Part shown: in pieces, positions 5,561 to 14,605 of the stretch
How positions within the stretch are numbered: the first letter of the stretch is position 1
Layout: every line of letters begins with the position of its first letter
Virus record (IMG/VR): IMGVR_UViG_3300045988_159775
DNA: 64,000 bases
Direction: 5' to 3' (one strand)
Origin: a virus
Notes under the pieces: generated by a model
Seen by the model: the letters and a program-made list of their open reading frames with translations, nothing else
Database searches by the model: none
What the model was told of the DNA's origin: nothing
Translations under genes and position numbers: made by a program

Positions 5561-8293
5561 TTAAAGGAAAGCGTACTTAAATCCTGTAGTTATAAGATTA
5601 GAACCTAACATAGCAAGCCAAAAACTTGAACTGATGTCATCGTGGTTTCCGACCGAACACAACCCTTTATCTGTGAAAGCTACTGAACCTAAATCTTCAA
5701 AAATTAAATCTTTTACATTTTTTGAATAATCATCCCCGATAGGAATATGATATTTTCCCCGTTCGAATCTAATTGCCATCCCCGGCCATCCACTCTTGAG
5801 ATCATACTTATCTATTCCCGTAGTGTGTCCTACAACGGGAAGTCCTTGGCGATCTGCTTCTTGGACAAATATCTGCTGAAAAGTATTCTGCTCCAATACC
5901 ATAGAATCTGGTCTAAACTTTGCATTAATTCCTCTCAAAGTTTGCATTTGCTCGTTAAACGTCAAGCCCTTTTCTCTAAAGAAATTCAACAGCCACATTT
6001 CTCCGGTCTCATCATCCACTCCCCAAGTCGTAAATACGGTATAGTCACTTCCTACGTTTGCCGATATAGCAAAGTCGCAACCCACTACTACTTTATTAAA
6101 CTTAATCGGAAAATCATCCCTATTTCTCACCAATACATAATTTTCCATACGTACCAAGGAACGTTCCAAAACCTTTAACGGGAAAATAGACGCTTCATTC
6201 GTAATAGGTCTACAAAGGTTCTCCCGGCTGAAAATGATATTTCCTTGCGTAGCTCTCTTATCCAGAAGATCGAAGAAACTCCAACGGTGTGGCCAAAGTA
6301 TTCGCCCGTCTGGGAAGATAGCCGGATATTCAATAACAAACCAACCTTTCTTAGTTTTCAAGTCTCCGTAAAGATCGCTTGCGTGGAACGGCGTTCCCAC
6401 TACTACGATTTGACCACCGGGTACGAGCATGTTCATGATTACGGAATGAAAATAGTCAATGCTCTTCTGCCTTTGTAATTGACTGTATATGACGTTATCT
6501 TTCAGTCCATCATCTACTACTATCCAGAACGGGTGAGCACCACGTACAGAGCTTCCAAAACCCTTACACGTCAACCTCGCACCGTTCTTACATACTATAT
6601 TCGTACTCGCCCACGCTCCAACGGCTCTCGTATCCGGAAAAAGACGCTCTCTCAATACGTCATTCCCCTCAATCGTACCCTTAAGTATTTCCATAAGGTC
6701 TACCGACTGCTGAAGTGAGAAAGAGAATAAATACCCACGGTTGGAATTCGAACGCGTAGGACGAGCAGAAAAATGACTTCCACGGGGTTTAGAATATCCA
6801 TATAATTTCCAAGCAGCGTATGCGTTGGAGAAATAGTAAGAATTATGAGTTACCGTTCCATCTCCTAATAAAAATCTATGATCTCCGTCCGTAGTTATTG
6901 AAACGTACTCTCCACGCCCCACGTCAGTAATCTTTATAGAAGAAACAACGCTTGGAGTTATTCCCTCAATCGTACCCCAATCTTTATTTGAAGTTTTTTC
7001 TTCCCAATTGTAAATCATCTTTTTTCTGGGAATCTTAACGGGTATTTGATCGATTTTTCCTGATATTGAAACTCCCCACCATTCATACATCCTCTTAAGT
7101 TGCTTATTGAACTTCTCCCCTCCGGAAAGATAAGTTCTAAACCCTAAACTATCAGCAAGTCTTTTTACGTCTTCAACTAAACGTTTATTGATGTTACCAA
7201 AGTGATATCCGTTGCTCCATAAATCTCCATCCGAATCTAAAAGCCCCGCAAGTAATTGTAGCCGGACGGCTTTAGAATTATGTAAATAAACATGCGGTAT
7301 ATGTTTATTGTAAAGAAGATTATACCCCTTTAAATACAAATTGAGTTTATTCTTAGTTTTGCAAGATATGACTTTTCTTCTTATATTAGACAAAAAACCT
7401 TTTCTGGAAGTTGTCATATCGAGTCTTTCCGCATATTCATCTAAATATTCTACAACTTCCAAATCTTCCGTAGTTATTTTTTGATTATTTGAATTTCCAT
7501 CTCCTAACCAATAACCCAAAAAATAAGGTTCTATCAAAACTTTTCGTTCTGGCGCTTCCCAAGCAACCTTGAATGTTCTTATTCTCTCTTTTATGAAATT
7601 TTCAGAATAAGACAAAAGAGTTGACATATCAATATCTACAATATGCTTTTCATGATCTTCCAAGCAATTACCTCTTTTGTCTATTCTTATGCAAGTATTT
7701 ATGTGACGACTGTTAACTGTATAGCTATCTCCCTTGCTTTGATCAATTCTGTACATATGATCATCCCAACCTCTATGAACGGCAGTGACTTTACGTGGAG
7801 TAGAATCTACCCCCATTAGCAAATCTCCAACTTTAATGTCTTCGACTTTTTTTATGCGTCCATCAAACATTAAAACGGGAGTACCAACTGCTTCGCACTT
7901 TCCGTGGTCGCGCGCCGCTTCTATACAAAGTTTCTTATGTCTATGTACGAGATCTCCCCATTCTATGTGGTGCCAACTGAGTTGAAAATCCGGTAAAACT
8001 GAAGTAATGAAATACGTCAAATTATGAGTTCTTAAAGTCTCTTCAATAGACTCCGATAGTCGCTCAGTATATTTAGGCGCAAAATCCACGTCAGTTTTGC
8101 CCGTATACATCACTTCAAACGTATCCCGAACTAAGTTATCAATAACGAAATCTAAATCACCCTCCGATCCAAAAAGCAATTCATTTATTCCTCTTTCGTC
8201 CAAACCCTCTATTATTTCATCAACAACGTTTAAGCACTGCAATCTGTGCATTGGGGTTTGTAAAATTAATCCTCCGTTTTCTGAAATAGGCAT
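5561..8293 (-). CDS. terL: terminase large subunit, intein-containing
   Basis: After removal of residues 133-484 the extein reads KLCIEAARDHGK/SYYFSNAYAAW (Walker A). It also has a Walker B-like FWIVVDDG and a C-terminal nuclease region (VVGCDFAIS), and is 558 aa without the insert. Confidence 0.85.
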   Translation of the reverse strand: MPISENGGLILQTPMHRLQCLNVVDEIIEGLDERGINELLFGSEGDLDFVIDNLVRDTFEVMYTGKTDVDFAPKYTERLSESIEETLRTHNLTYFITSVLPDFQLSWHHIEWGDLVHRHKKLCIEAARDHGKCEAVGTPVLMFDGRIKKVEDIKVGDLLMGVDSTPRKVTAVHRGWDDHMYRIDQSKGDSYTVNSRHINTCIRIDKRGNCLEDHEKHIVDIDMSTLLSYSENFIKERIRTFKVAWEAPERKVLIEPYFLGYWLGDGNSNNQKITTEDLEVVEYLDEYAERLDMTTSRKGFLSNIRRKVISCKTKNKLNLYLKGYNLLYNKHIPHVYLHNSKAVRLQLLAGLLDSDGDLWSNGYHFGNINKRLVEDVKRLADSLGFRTYLSGGEKFNKQLKRMYEWWGVSISGKIDQIPVKIPRKKMIYNWEEKTSNKDWGTIEGITPSVVSSIKITDVGRGEYVSITTDGDHRFLLGDGTVTHNSYYFSNAYAAWKLYGYSKPRGSHFSARPTRSNSNRGYLFSFSLQQSVDLMEILKGTIEGNDVLRERLFPDTRAVGAWASTNIVCKNGARLTCKGFGSSVRGAHPFWIVVDDGLKDNVIYSQLQRQKSIDYFHSVIMNMLVPGGQIVVVGTPFHASDLYGDLKTKKGWFVIEYPAIFPDGRILWPHRWSFFDLLDKRATQGNIIFSRENLCRPITNEASIFPLKVLERSLVRMENYVLVRNRDDFPIKFNKVVVGCDFAISANVGSDYTVFTTWGVDDETGEMWLLNFFREKGLTFNEQMQTLRGINAKFRPDSMVLEQNTFQQIFVQEADRQGLPVVGHTTGIDKYDLKSGWPGMAIRFERGKYHIPIGDDYSKNVKDLIFEDLGSVAFTDKGLCSVGNHDDISSSFWLAMLGSNLITTGFKYAFL
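6842..7897 (-). mobile_element. intein (Hint splicing domain plus LAGLIDADG homing endonuclease) in the TerL P-loop
   Basis: Starts with Cys (codon 7895-7897) directly after GK and ends ...GDGTVTHN (Asn codon 6842-6844), followed by Ser. Two LAGLIDADG motifs are present: YFLGYWLGDGNS and LLAGLLDSDGDL. Confidence 0.85.
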
Positions 8294-8311
8294 AATGTCT
8301 TATCTCCTTTC

Positions 8312-8350
8312 TAAAAACACAAAAACCTTGCCCGTATAATTAGGCAAGGT
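8312..8350 (-). terminator. Rho-independent terminator candidate just upstream of terL
   Basis: Perfect 8-bp stem ACCTTGCC / GGCAAGGT (8325-8332, 8343-8350), followed on the minus strand by TTTTTGTGTTTTT. Confidence 0.6.
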
Positions 8351-8378
8351 ATATTGATCTTTTTACTTTGTATGAAAC

Positions 8379-9179
8379 TTAATACTCAATTGTTTCGTCA
8401 ATTCTACGCATGAGCATTTTGTACATTTCATCTTTTTCCTCCTTTTTCAATTCATCGTCCGTATCAATAGCGACTTTCATACGCTGAATATCTTGATTAA
8501 GGACTTTTAGCATGCCTGTTATTTCTTTCAAAATCGTATTTCTACGCAGGTCTTTACTAAAGGTGAATTTGAATTCGTGCGTCCCCTTAGTATATTGTAT
8601 AAGTCCAAAGGTATGAAGAAGTGTCAAAAGTTCTTTTGCTTCCGCATAATTAAGATTTGTAGAGCGCACTACATTAGAAAGGCGGCAATAGTAATTCTCA
8701 GAATCCTCTACTCGTCCGCCCTCGGTAATGATCGTGAAAAGTTTCTTACAAGATTCCTCAGCCTTAAGACGGTTAGAAGAATTGCTCAAGAAATCTCCTA
8801 TTGTCTTTTTGGTATTATCTCCGTCTCTTTTGAGATCAAGATAATCTTTGATAACCTGATCTTCCAAAATAACTACTTCAAGACCATTATTCTTGGCAAT
8901 CTCGATTGTTTTCTGAGAAGTAGACGGATGCAAACAAGCCATAATAAATACGCTTTGTTCTTCCGGTAAACATACCGTTCTATTGTCGCATTCTTCCTTT
9001 GATCGATCAGTTGACGCAGTAGGTTCTTTCACTTCTTCTTTGTTCTCCCCATCTTCAGTTTTCTTAGTACGTTTCGGACGAGGTTTTAACGTACCATTTG
9101 CAATGGCGGCTTCGCGTTCCTCTTTTGTGAGTCTCTTTCGCTTTGGCGCTTCTTCCGTTTTGTTTTCCAATTCTGACAT
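8379..9179 (-). CDS. hypothetical protein (positional candidate for small terminase)
   Basis: 266 aa immediately upstream of terL, with a Lys/Glu-rich N-terminus and a possible winged helix (LLTLLHTFGLIQYTKG). The function is only a positional guess. Confidence 0.45.
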   Translation of the reverse strand: MSELENKTEEAPKRKRLTKEEREAAIANGTLKPRPKRTKKTEDGENKEEVKEPTASTDRSKEECDNRTVCLPEEQSVFIMACLHPSTSQKTIEIAKNNGLEVVILEDQVIKDYLDLKRDGDNTKKTIGDFLSNSSNRLKAEESCKKLFTIITEGGRVEDSENYYCRLSNVVRSTNLNYAEAKELLTLLHTFGLIQYTKGTHEFKFTFSKDLRRNTILKEITGMLKVLNQDIQRMKVAIDTDDELKKEEKDEMYKMLMRRIDETIEY

Positions 9180-9214
9180 AATAATTACAATTTATTTGAT
9201 ATTCATACTTGTTT

Positions 9215-9982
9215 TTATCTCTTAATGTATTTCAAAGTGTGACGCGTTAAGTACTCAGCAACTTCCATAGGAGTCTCAAATAGGTCTTTAACTCCCAAAT
9301 CAATCATTACACAATACTTCTCAGGAATAGTATTTTGATCTTCATCACAATTCTTGTTACAAGAATTCCAATTTATCCATTCTTTTGAAATTATCTCCAA
9401 ATTATACAAAATAGACTTCCTATCATCTGCATAATGTAAGGAGATTATTTTGCCCTCAACAATTCCTCCGTCTTTCAACGCAAATCTCATATCGCCCAAA
9501 TTAGGCATAATTACTTGACGCTTTACTTTAACAGCTGGAGAGAATTCGAGGTCTTGCTGCACATCTTTGCGCGAATATGTACGAGGTGGAGTCAAATCAG
9601 ATTTTGAAGACGGCGGATATTTGTCAAATTCATTAGCTTCCGCCGTCAACGCTTTCTTTTTCAACAAATATGTATTTTGATATTTTGCGCATTCTGAGCT
9701 GTAATCTTTACGAATAGTATCTACCAAGAATTTTATGTCTGGAATGACTTGAGATTTTATCATATATCTTTGATGACGATTGACTCCGTTTACTTCAATT
9801 AATCCTATTTTACTAAGTGCCTTAAGAACAAATGGAGAATAACCTTTTCTTACTCCTGCTTCCTCAAGAATCTTAGTTATTGGACGATCTACAACAGATA
9901 TCCAAACATTCATTCTATCAAATCTCAAAATTTCTTCTAAAGCAAGTTCCAAACTTGTCTTGATCTCTTCTTCGCGTCTCAT
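9215..9982 (-). CDS. hypothetical protein, possible winged-helix DNA binder
   Basis: 255-codon frame; VLKALSKIGLIEVNGV resembles a wHTH recognition/wing segment; preceded by two tandem AAATTGTAAAA boxes. Confidence 0.5.
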   Translation of the reverse strand: MRREEEIKTSLELALEEILRFDRMNVWISVVDRPITKILEEAGVRKGYSPFVLKALSKIGLIEVNGVNRHQRYMIKSQVIPDIKFLVDTIRKDYSSECAKYQNTYLLKKKALTAEANEFDKYPPSSKSDLTPPRTYSRKDVQQDLEFSPAVKVKRQVIMPNLGDMRFALKDGGIVEGKIISLHYADDRKSILYNLEIISKEWINWNSCNKNCDEDQNTIPEKYCVMIDLGVKDLFETPMEVAEYLTRHTLKYIKR

Positions 9983-10030
9983 AATTTTTACAATTTGTTT
10001 TACAATTTTCTTTATAAACTTTGGGGAATA

Positions 10031-10723
10031 TTATTTTGGAGACTTCCCAGCGCATTTAAACTCAAAGAATTCCTGACCTTTTGCGCGTTCTTTCTCTTCA
10101 GAGTCCGTCCCAACGCCCTTTTTAGATCGTAGACGTTTCATAATCCAACGCAAATAGTCCGCGTTCGCTTCTACGTCATTCATTGCTCCGTGAGCGTCCG
10201 TGATTTTTAGCTTTGTATAGCGCACCGCATCTGAAAGTCGTATCTTTTCATCTCCGTTTATTCCGAATGCTAATTTCGTCAAAGGCAATGTGTCTATGAA
10301 GTTGGGATGAATGTATTGCCATATATCTCCCGCATCGCAGAAATCAAAAGCGTAATTCAAGAAGTTATGATCAAACGGTATATTATGACCTACTGAGATA
10401 AGCCGTTGAGCTTCCTTATACTTTGCATTGCTTTGGTATTGTTTATATAGAGAAACGACCGTTTTTACAAATTCCTTTACCGGAACACCGCGCTTTATAT
10501 CAGACATGGTTACCATAGTCTTTTTCAATGCCACCTCGTCTATCTTTAAATCCCCATAAGGCTTAACAAAGGTTTCATAACGGTCAAGTTCCTTAAGCGT
10601 CCGACCGTCTAAAATTATGCAAGCGTATTGAGTTATTGGGTTTTTATCCGCATCCAATCCGCCCGTCTCGCAATCGTGTACTAAATAGTTAGAAGTTATC
10701 ATACAAAATCGAATAATGACCAA
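10031..10723 (-). CDS. DEDDh 3'-5' exonuclease (DnaQ/epsilon-like proofreading subunit)
   Basis: ExoI HDCETGG, ExoII GHNIPFDHNFL and ExoIII HGAMNDVEANADYL are present. The likely true start is Met8 at 10702, giving an ATGA overlap with the upstream gene. Confidence 0.8.
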   Translation of the reverse strand: MVIIRFCMITSNYLVHDCETGGLDADKNPITQYACIILDGRTLKELDRYETFVKPYGDLKIDEVALKKTMVTMSDIKRGVPVKEFVKTVVSLYKQYQSNAKYKEAQRLISVGHNIPFDHNFLNYAFDFCDAGDIWQYIHPNFIDTLPLTKLAFGINGDEKIRLSDAVRYTKLKITDAHGAMNDVEANADYLRWIMKRLRSKKGVGTDSEEKERAKGQEFFEFKCAGKSPK

Positions 10724-11235
10724 CGTTCATCGTTTGCTTTCTCGAAGTTCTCCGCGTTATGTCTTTTAGCATAAACTCTGGGGAACGGTATTTTCCACCA
10801 ACGGTCATGAGTCCAATAGAAATGATTCAATTCCGGTTCGGGAAGTTCCGGGAGAAGTTTAATCCAACCTTTCTTTTTGCGACCGCATATGAATTCAACG
10901 TCCAAAAATAAAGCAAGCATATCCTTAACGTCACTTATGAATCTATCCTCGTCTCCTTTTTCAAGAATAATCCTTATCGTACATCCGCCAACATAGTTTA
11001 AATAGCTTATAATTTCCCAAACGTCAATATCATAAGTAGCAATGCCGTGTCCACTTACCCAGTCTTGACGTTTTTTAGACCACTTCAGCCGGATATCAAA
11101 TAAGCGTACCCCTTTCTTGTATTGTTCTTCTATGTTTAAAGATTGACAACGGGTAGTCCAATTCAATATTCTAAACCACCACTGAGGTTTAATGTAACTC
11201 AAAGAGTTATGAGAACCTATTCTTTTTGATATCAT
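10699..11235 (-). CDS. PI-PLC X-domain-like phosphodiesterase
   Basis: IGSHNSLSY...CQSLNIEEQYKKGVRLFDIRL...SGHG follows the GTHDS...QL..G(I/V)R.(F/L)DIR...H pattern of PLC-like phosphodiesterases, but 178 aa is short for the fold. Confidence 0.45.
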   Translation of the reverse strand: MISKRIGSHNSLSYIKPQWWFRILNWTTRCQSLNIEEQYKKGVRLFDIRLKWSKKRQDWVSGHGIATYDIDVWEIISYLNYVGGCTIRIILEKGDEDRFISDVKDMLALFLDVEFICGRKKKGWIKLLPELPEPELNHFYWTHDRWWKIPFPRVYAKRHNAENFEKANDERWSLFDFV

Positions 11236-11543
11236 TTCTTCTTTTTTGTTAAAGGGTTAAATATTTCCCAACCTGCTATGTGAGTTAAACTCCATTCTCC
11301 ATTATCATCCTTTCGGATTATTTTTACAAACCTTTTTCTAAATTCTGTTGGTGAGGGAGAAGTAGCAAACTTGAAACGGTCATCGTACCTGCCGTTACGT
11401 TTTTGATCTGAAAAGGGCGCTACTTTCACCAATTCACCTTTCTTCCAAGGACGCGGTAGGTATTTATTGGTTGAGGACTTTTCCGGTAGTTCGTTAACTA
11501 CAAGGAATTTTGGGAAACTCGATTCATTTAAAATTGCTTTCAT
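11232..11543 (-). CDS. hypothetical protein
   Basis: 103-codon frame with an ATGA-type overlap to the downstream gene; no motif recognised. Confidence 0.5.
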   Translation of the reverse strand: MKAILNESSFPKFLVVNELPEKSSTNKYLPRPWKKGELVKVAPFSDQKRNGRYDDRFKFATSPSPTEFRKRFVKIIRKDDNGEWSLTHIAGWEIFNPLTKKKK

Positions 11544-11580
11544 ACCATAAGTTTTATATAGATTTATAAACTTTGGAAGA

Positions 11581-11619
11581 AAGAAAAAGAGAGGTAATAA
11601 GCAATGTTAAAACCTCTCT
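11581..11619 (-). terminator. Rho-independent terminator after the HU gene
   Basis: Perfect 8-bp stem AGAGAGGT / ACCTCTCT (11588-11595, 11612-11619), followed on the minus strand by TTTTCTTTCTT. Confidence 0.65.
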
Positions 11620-11675
11620 TATTCTTTGAAACGAAATGATTAATAATATAAAATTTACTTTCTGTTTTGTAATTC

Positions 11676-11984
11676 TTACTTTTTAGCTTTCTTAGCAGCT
11701 GGTTTCTTAGTCTCGATTACTTTTCTCAGTTTGTAAGCCGCCTTGAAAATCATTGTATGAGTTTCTGGCACCTCAAGGGCTTCTCCGGTCATCGGATTAC
11801 GTCCAGTATGAGCAGCACGCACTTGACGTTTGAATTTACCCAAGTCAAGCAATTGAAGTTCCTCTCCACGCTCAATAACGGCTTCCGCGATAATAGGCTG
11901 CATGGTTGTGATAACGACATTAACGTCCGTTTGAGATAATCCAGTTTTTTTAGCGATCTCTTTTACAAGTTCATCTTTTTTCAT
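11676..11984 (-). CDS. hup: HU/IHF-family histone-like DNA-binding protein
   Basis: MKKDELVKEIAKKTGLSQTDV...GKFKRQVRAAHTGRNPMTGEALEVPETHTMIFKAAYKLRK is a full-length HU-fold signature, including the R-N-P arm. Confidence 0.85.
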   Translation of the reverse strand: MKKDELVKEIAKKTGLSQTDVNVVITTMQPIIAEAVIERGEELQLLDLGKFKRQVRAAHTGRNPMTGEALEVPETHTMIFKAAYKLRKVIETKKPAAKKAKK

Positions 11985-12039
11985 TTTTACAAAAATTTTA
12001 GTTAAACATAATTTTAAACATACTTATATTTGAATTTTT

Positions 12040-12474
12040 CTATATCTCTATGATATTCATGCCATTTTCCTTAAGGACTTCCAGAAGATGCTTCATTTTC
12101 CTATCCCGCATTTCCTCGTTCCGATACCAAATGTACAAATCGGTTTTCTGGATAAACTGCCCCGGCGTCAAGCCTTTATTTATAACTATGCCGTATTCCC
12201 AGTGCGGTCTCGGACTCTCTACAAACCGCATTTCCGGCTCTATGGTACTTAAATCCCAAGCCGTCATAGTTATTCCCTCTGATTTGAAATGTAGTATTGT
12301 CTTTGAAAGCCGGGTTTTCATATCCTCTTCCGGCTTCTGATCTTCATCCTCGTAGTCCTCGTCATAAGAATCGTCATAGTTAGTGGTTCTTTTGACCTTG
12401 CTGACGTTTTCTCTACGAATCCTAACGGGTTTACTGGATTCCTCCTTGATTTGACTTAAACGAACCTTTACCAT
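12040..12474 (-). CDS. hypothetical protein
   Basis: 144-codon frame with an acidic mid-section (YDDSYDEDYEDEDQKPEED); no family recognised. Confidence 0.5.
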   Translation of the reverse strand: MVKVRLSQIKEESSKPVRIRRENVSKVKRTTNYDDSYDEDYEDEDQKPEEDMKTRLSKTILHFKSEGITMTAWDLSTIEPEMRFVESPRPHWEYGIVINKGLTPGQFIQKTDLYIWYRNEEMRDRKMKHLLEVLKENGMNIIEI

Positions 12475-12476
12475 GA

Positions 12477-13052
12477 CTATACGTTTTTTGTATTAGCGTA
12501 AATTATACAAGGAGAATTATTTCTTTCAGCGATAAACGTAGTTCCATTGTAAATAATCCTGACTACTGTACCGATACAAAAATCACTGGTGTAATAATTT
12601 GGATGAATCATTGTTACTTCCAAAGTAGAATCCTTTGGAAAGAATGATTTATACCTCCAACCCTCTTCATCAGTTTCTTTCCAATCCGGATGAACGGAAA
12701 GATATGCTATTTCTTCTACCTTGCATCCAAGTTCTTTTGCTACTATATCGTAGTAAATTTGTAAGCTTGGAAATTTACTGATAATGTCTGCAATTTCTTG
12801 AGAAGCAGTATTTAACTTTTGTTTGTTTTTGTAATACTCATATTTTACTCTGTAATACTTAACACTTTTATTTGCTTCTTTGAGATTCTGACATAACTCT
12901 TGATTAATTTCTCTTTGGATTTTTAATTCTTTTCTCAAAATCCTTTTTGCTATCGCTTTTACAATTTTCATACCGTTATCGAAATTTTGATATTTAATAA
13001 CTGAAGTAACCTTGAACACTCTTTCCCCCTTATAGATCAAAGAAAGTAGCAA
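12477..13052 (-). CDS. hypothetical protein
   Basis: 191-codon frame; the real start may be the internal MKIVKAIAKR (ATG at 12971). Confidence 0.5.
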   Translation of the reverse strand: MLLSLIYKGERVFKVTSVIKYQNFDNGMKIVKAIAKRILRKELKIQREINQELCQNLKEANKSVKYYRVKYEYYKNKQKLNTASQEIADIISKFPSLQIYYDIVAKELGCKVEEIAYLSVHPDWKETDEEGWRYKSFFPKDSTLEVTMIHPNYYTSDFCIGTVVRIIYNGTTFIAERNNSPCIIYANTKNV

Positions 13053-13130
13053 AGAAAATCTATCAAATTCTTTTTCTTAGTTTCTCTATTCAAAGTATTA
13101 TAGAGTTAATACTAAGAACTCTAAAATAAG

Positions 13131-13152
13131 AAAAAACGTCCCCTACGGGGAC
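13131..13152 (-). terminator. short GC hairpin terminator after the methyltransferase gene
   Basis: GTCCCC-tac-GGGGAC (13138-13152), flanked by A/T runs on both sides and so possibly bidirectional. Confidence 0.5.
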
Positions 13153-13186
13153 TCAAAAAAGAAACAAAAGTCTCTTTTTGGGCAAT

Positions 13187-14605
13187 TTACTTTTTGAGAA
13201 TTTGACGGTAAATTTCCTTTGATATAGCTTTTATTACTGGGATAGCTACGCTGTTACCGAATTGCTTGTAAGATTCGGTATTTGAAACCGCTATTTTAAA
13301 CTCCATATTGTCCTTATACCTATCTTTTGACTTCTTATTCATCCAGCCGTTTCCCTCTATGAAATATCCTTGTAACCGTCCGGCTTCTACTGGAGTTAAC
13401 TTCCTTGGGTTCTTTCCTTTGTCGGCTTGATAAATTAGTATTTCGTTCGCATCTTTATAGTATCTTGCTAAGAGAGTTGAACAATATTCACTATCTCTAT
13501 CCCAAAGTGAATATCCAAAGCCATTGCCTTTCTTTTCATTCCTTTTCTTTCTTCTTTGATAACCACGTAGAGCAACGTCACTAATAGAGTAATGATCAGT
13601 TGTTGATTCTGGCTCGAATATATCCGAAAGTTTTGTTTTGATTTTTTCTTCTTGTACCTTTTGAGGATCATAAATATGCGTTCCATTCGGTTTTAATCCG
13701 TAAGGGAAATTAAAATCTTTGATATGTATTGTTTTATTATACCAAGCTATTATAAACAAACGCTCACGATTTTGAGGAACACCAAAATTTTTAGCATTCA
13801 AAACTTCATATCTATAAGAATATCCCAATTCAGAAAGAGTCTCCAATATAACTCTCAAAGTCTCTCCTTTCTCGTGATTCTTTAATCCTTTTACGTTTTC
13901 TAAGAAAAGAACCCTTGGCGCCTTGGCGTTTTGTACCTTTTCCTTAACTATACTGGCTATATTGAAAAACAACGTACCCCTTGTATCCTCAAATCCCTTT
14001 CTTTTTCCAGCAATAGAAAAAGGTTGACAAGGGAATCCTGCACAAAGTATATCGAAGTCCGGTATTTCTGAAAGTTTCTGTTTTGTTATATCGGAATTGA
14101 ATAACTTGTAATCATTCTCAAATAAGTTTGGAGAAATATCTTTGTAATTATGTTCATAGGTTATTCGGGCGTTCTTATCAATTTCACTCGCAAATACGCA
14201 TTTAGCTCCAAGAGAATGCAGAGACTGATGAAAACCTCCTATTCCCGCAAACAAATCTATGAAAGTTACACGTTCAGAATTGCGTGACTCGTAAGCATTG
14301 ATCTTTTCATTAGAATAAATCCCTACCTTAGAACTATGAAAGTCACTTCCATTGTGGTTTACGGCATTGCTACAGTAACGTTTCGTCAGTCTATCTCTCG
14401 CGTTTACTAACTTCTCCCGTTTACGTATCGCGTACTGAACTTGACCGGGTATAGTTCCGTCTACCCAAAGGGCGTCTTTCAGTATTCTTTCTCGTTCTTT
14501 GGGAGGCATATTCATTGCCCTTGATACGAGATTGAGAAAGCGTTCCTCTTTTGTTATAGCCCAAGATATTTTCTTTATAACTCTTTGTGCAGTTTCTACG
14601 TTCAT
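13187..14605 (-). CDS. dcm: DNA (cytosine-5) methyltransferase with ~110-aa N-terminal extension
   Basis: Motif I FIDLFAGIGGF, motif IV GFPCQPFSIAGKRKG, motif VI ENVKGL, motif VIII QNRERLFIIA and motif X GNSVAIPV are present. No restriction endonuclease partner was recognised nearby. Confidence 0.9.
   Translation of the reverse strand: MNVETAQRVIKKISWAITKEERFLNLVSRAMNMPPKERERILKDALWVDGTIPGQVQYAIRKREKLVNARDRLTKRYCSNAVNHNGSDFHSSKVGIYSNEKINAYESRNSERVTFIDLFAGIGGFHQSLHSLGAKCVFASEIDKNARITYEHNYKDISPNLFENDYKLFNSDITKQKLSEIPDFDILCAGFPCQPFSIAGKRKGFEDTRGTLFFNIASIVKEKVQNAKAPRVLFLENVKGLKNHEKGETLRVILETLSELGYSYRYEVLNAKNFGVPQNRERLFIIAWYNKTIHIKDFNFPYGLKPNGTHIYDPQKVQEEKIKTKLSDIFEPESTTDHYSISDVALRGYQRRKKRNEKKGNGFGYSLWDRDSEYCSTLLARYYKDANEILIYQADKGKNPRKLTPVEAGRLQGYFIEGNGWMNKKSKDRYKDNMEFKIAVSNTESYKQFGNSVAIPVIKAISKEIYRQILKK

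Noticed and set aside
8379-9982. Confident small-terminase assignment for 8379..9179 or 9215..9982
   Set aside because: The only support is the position upstream of terL and loosely wHTH-like segments. In addition, a terminator-like hairpin (8325-8350) separates them from terL. They are kept as hypothetical proteins with a positional note.
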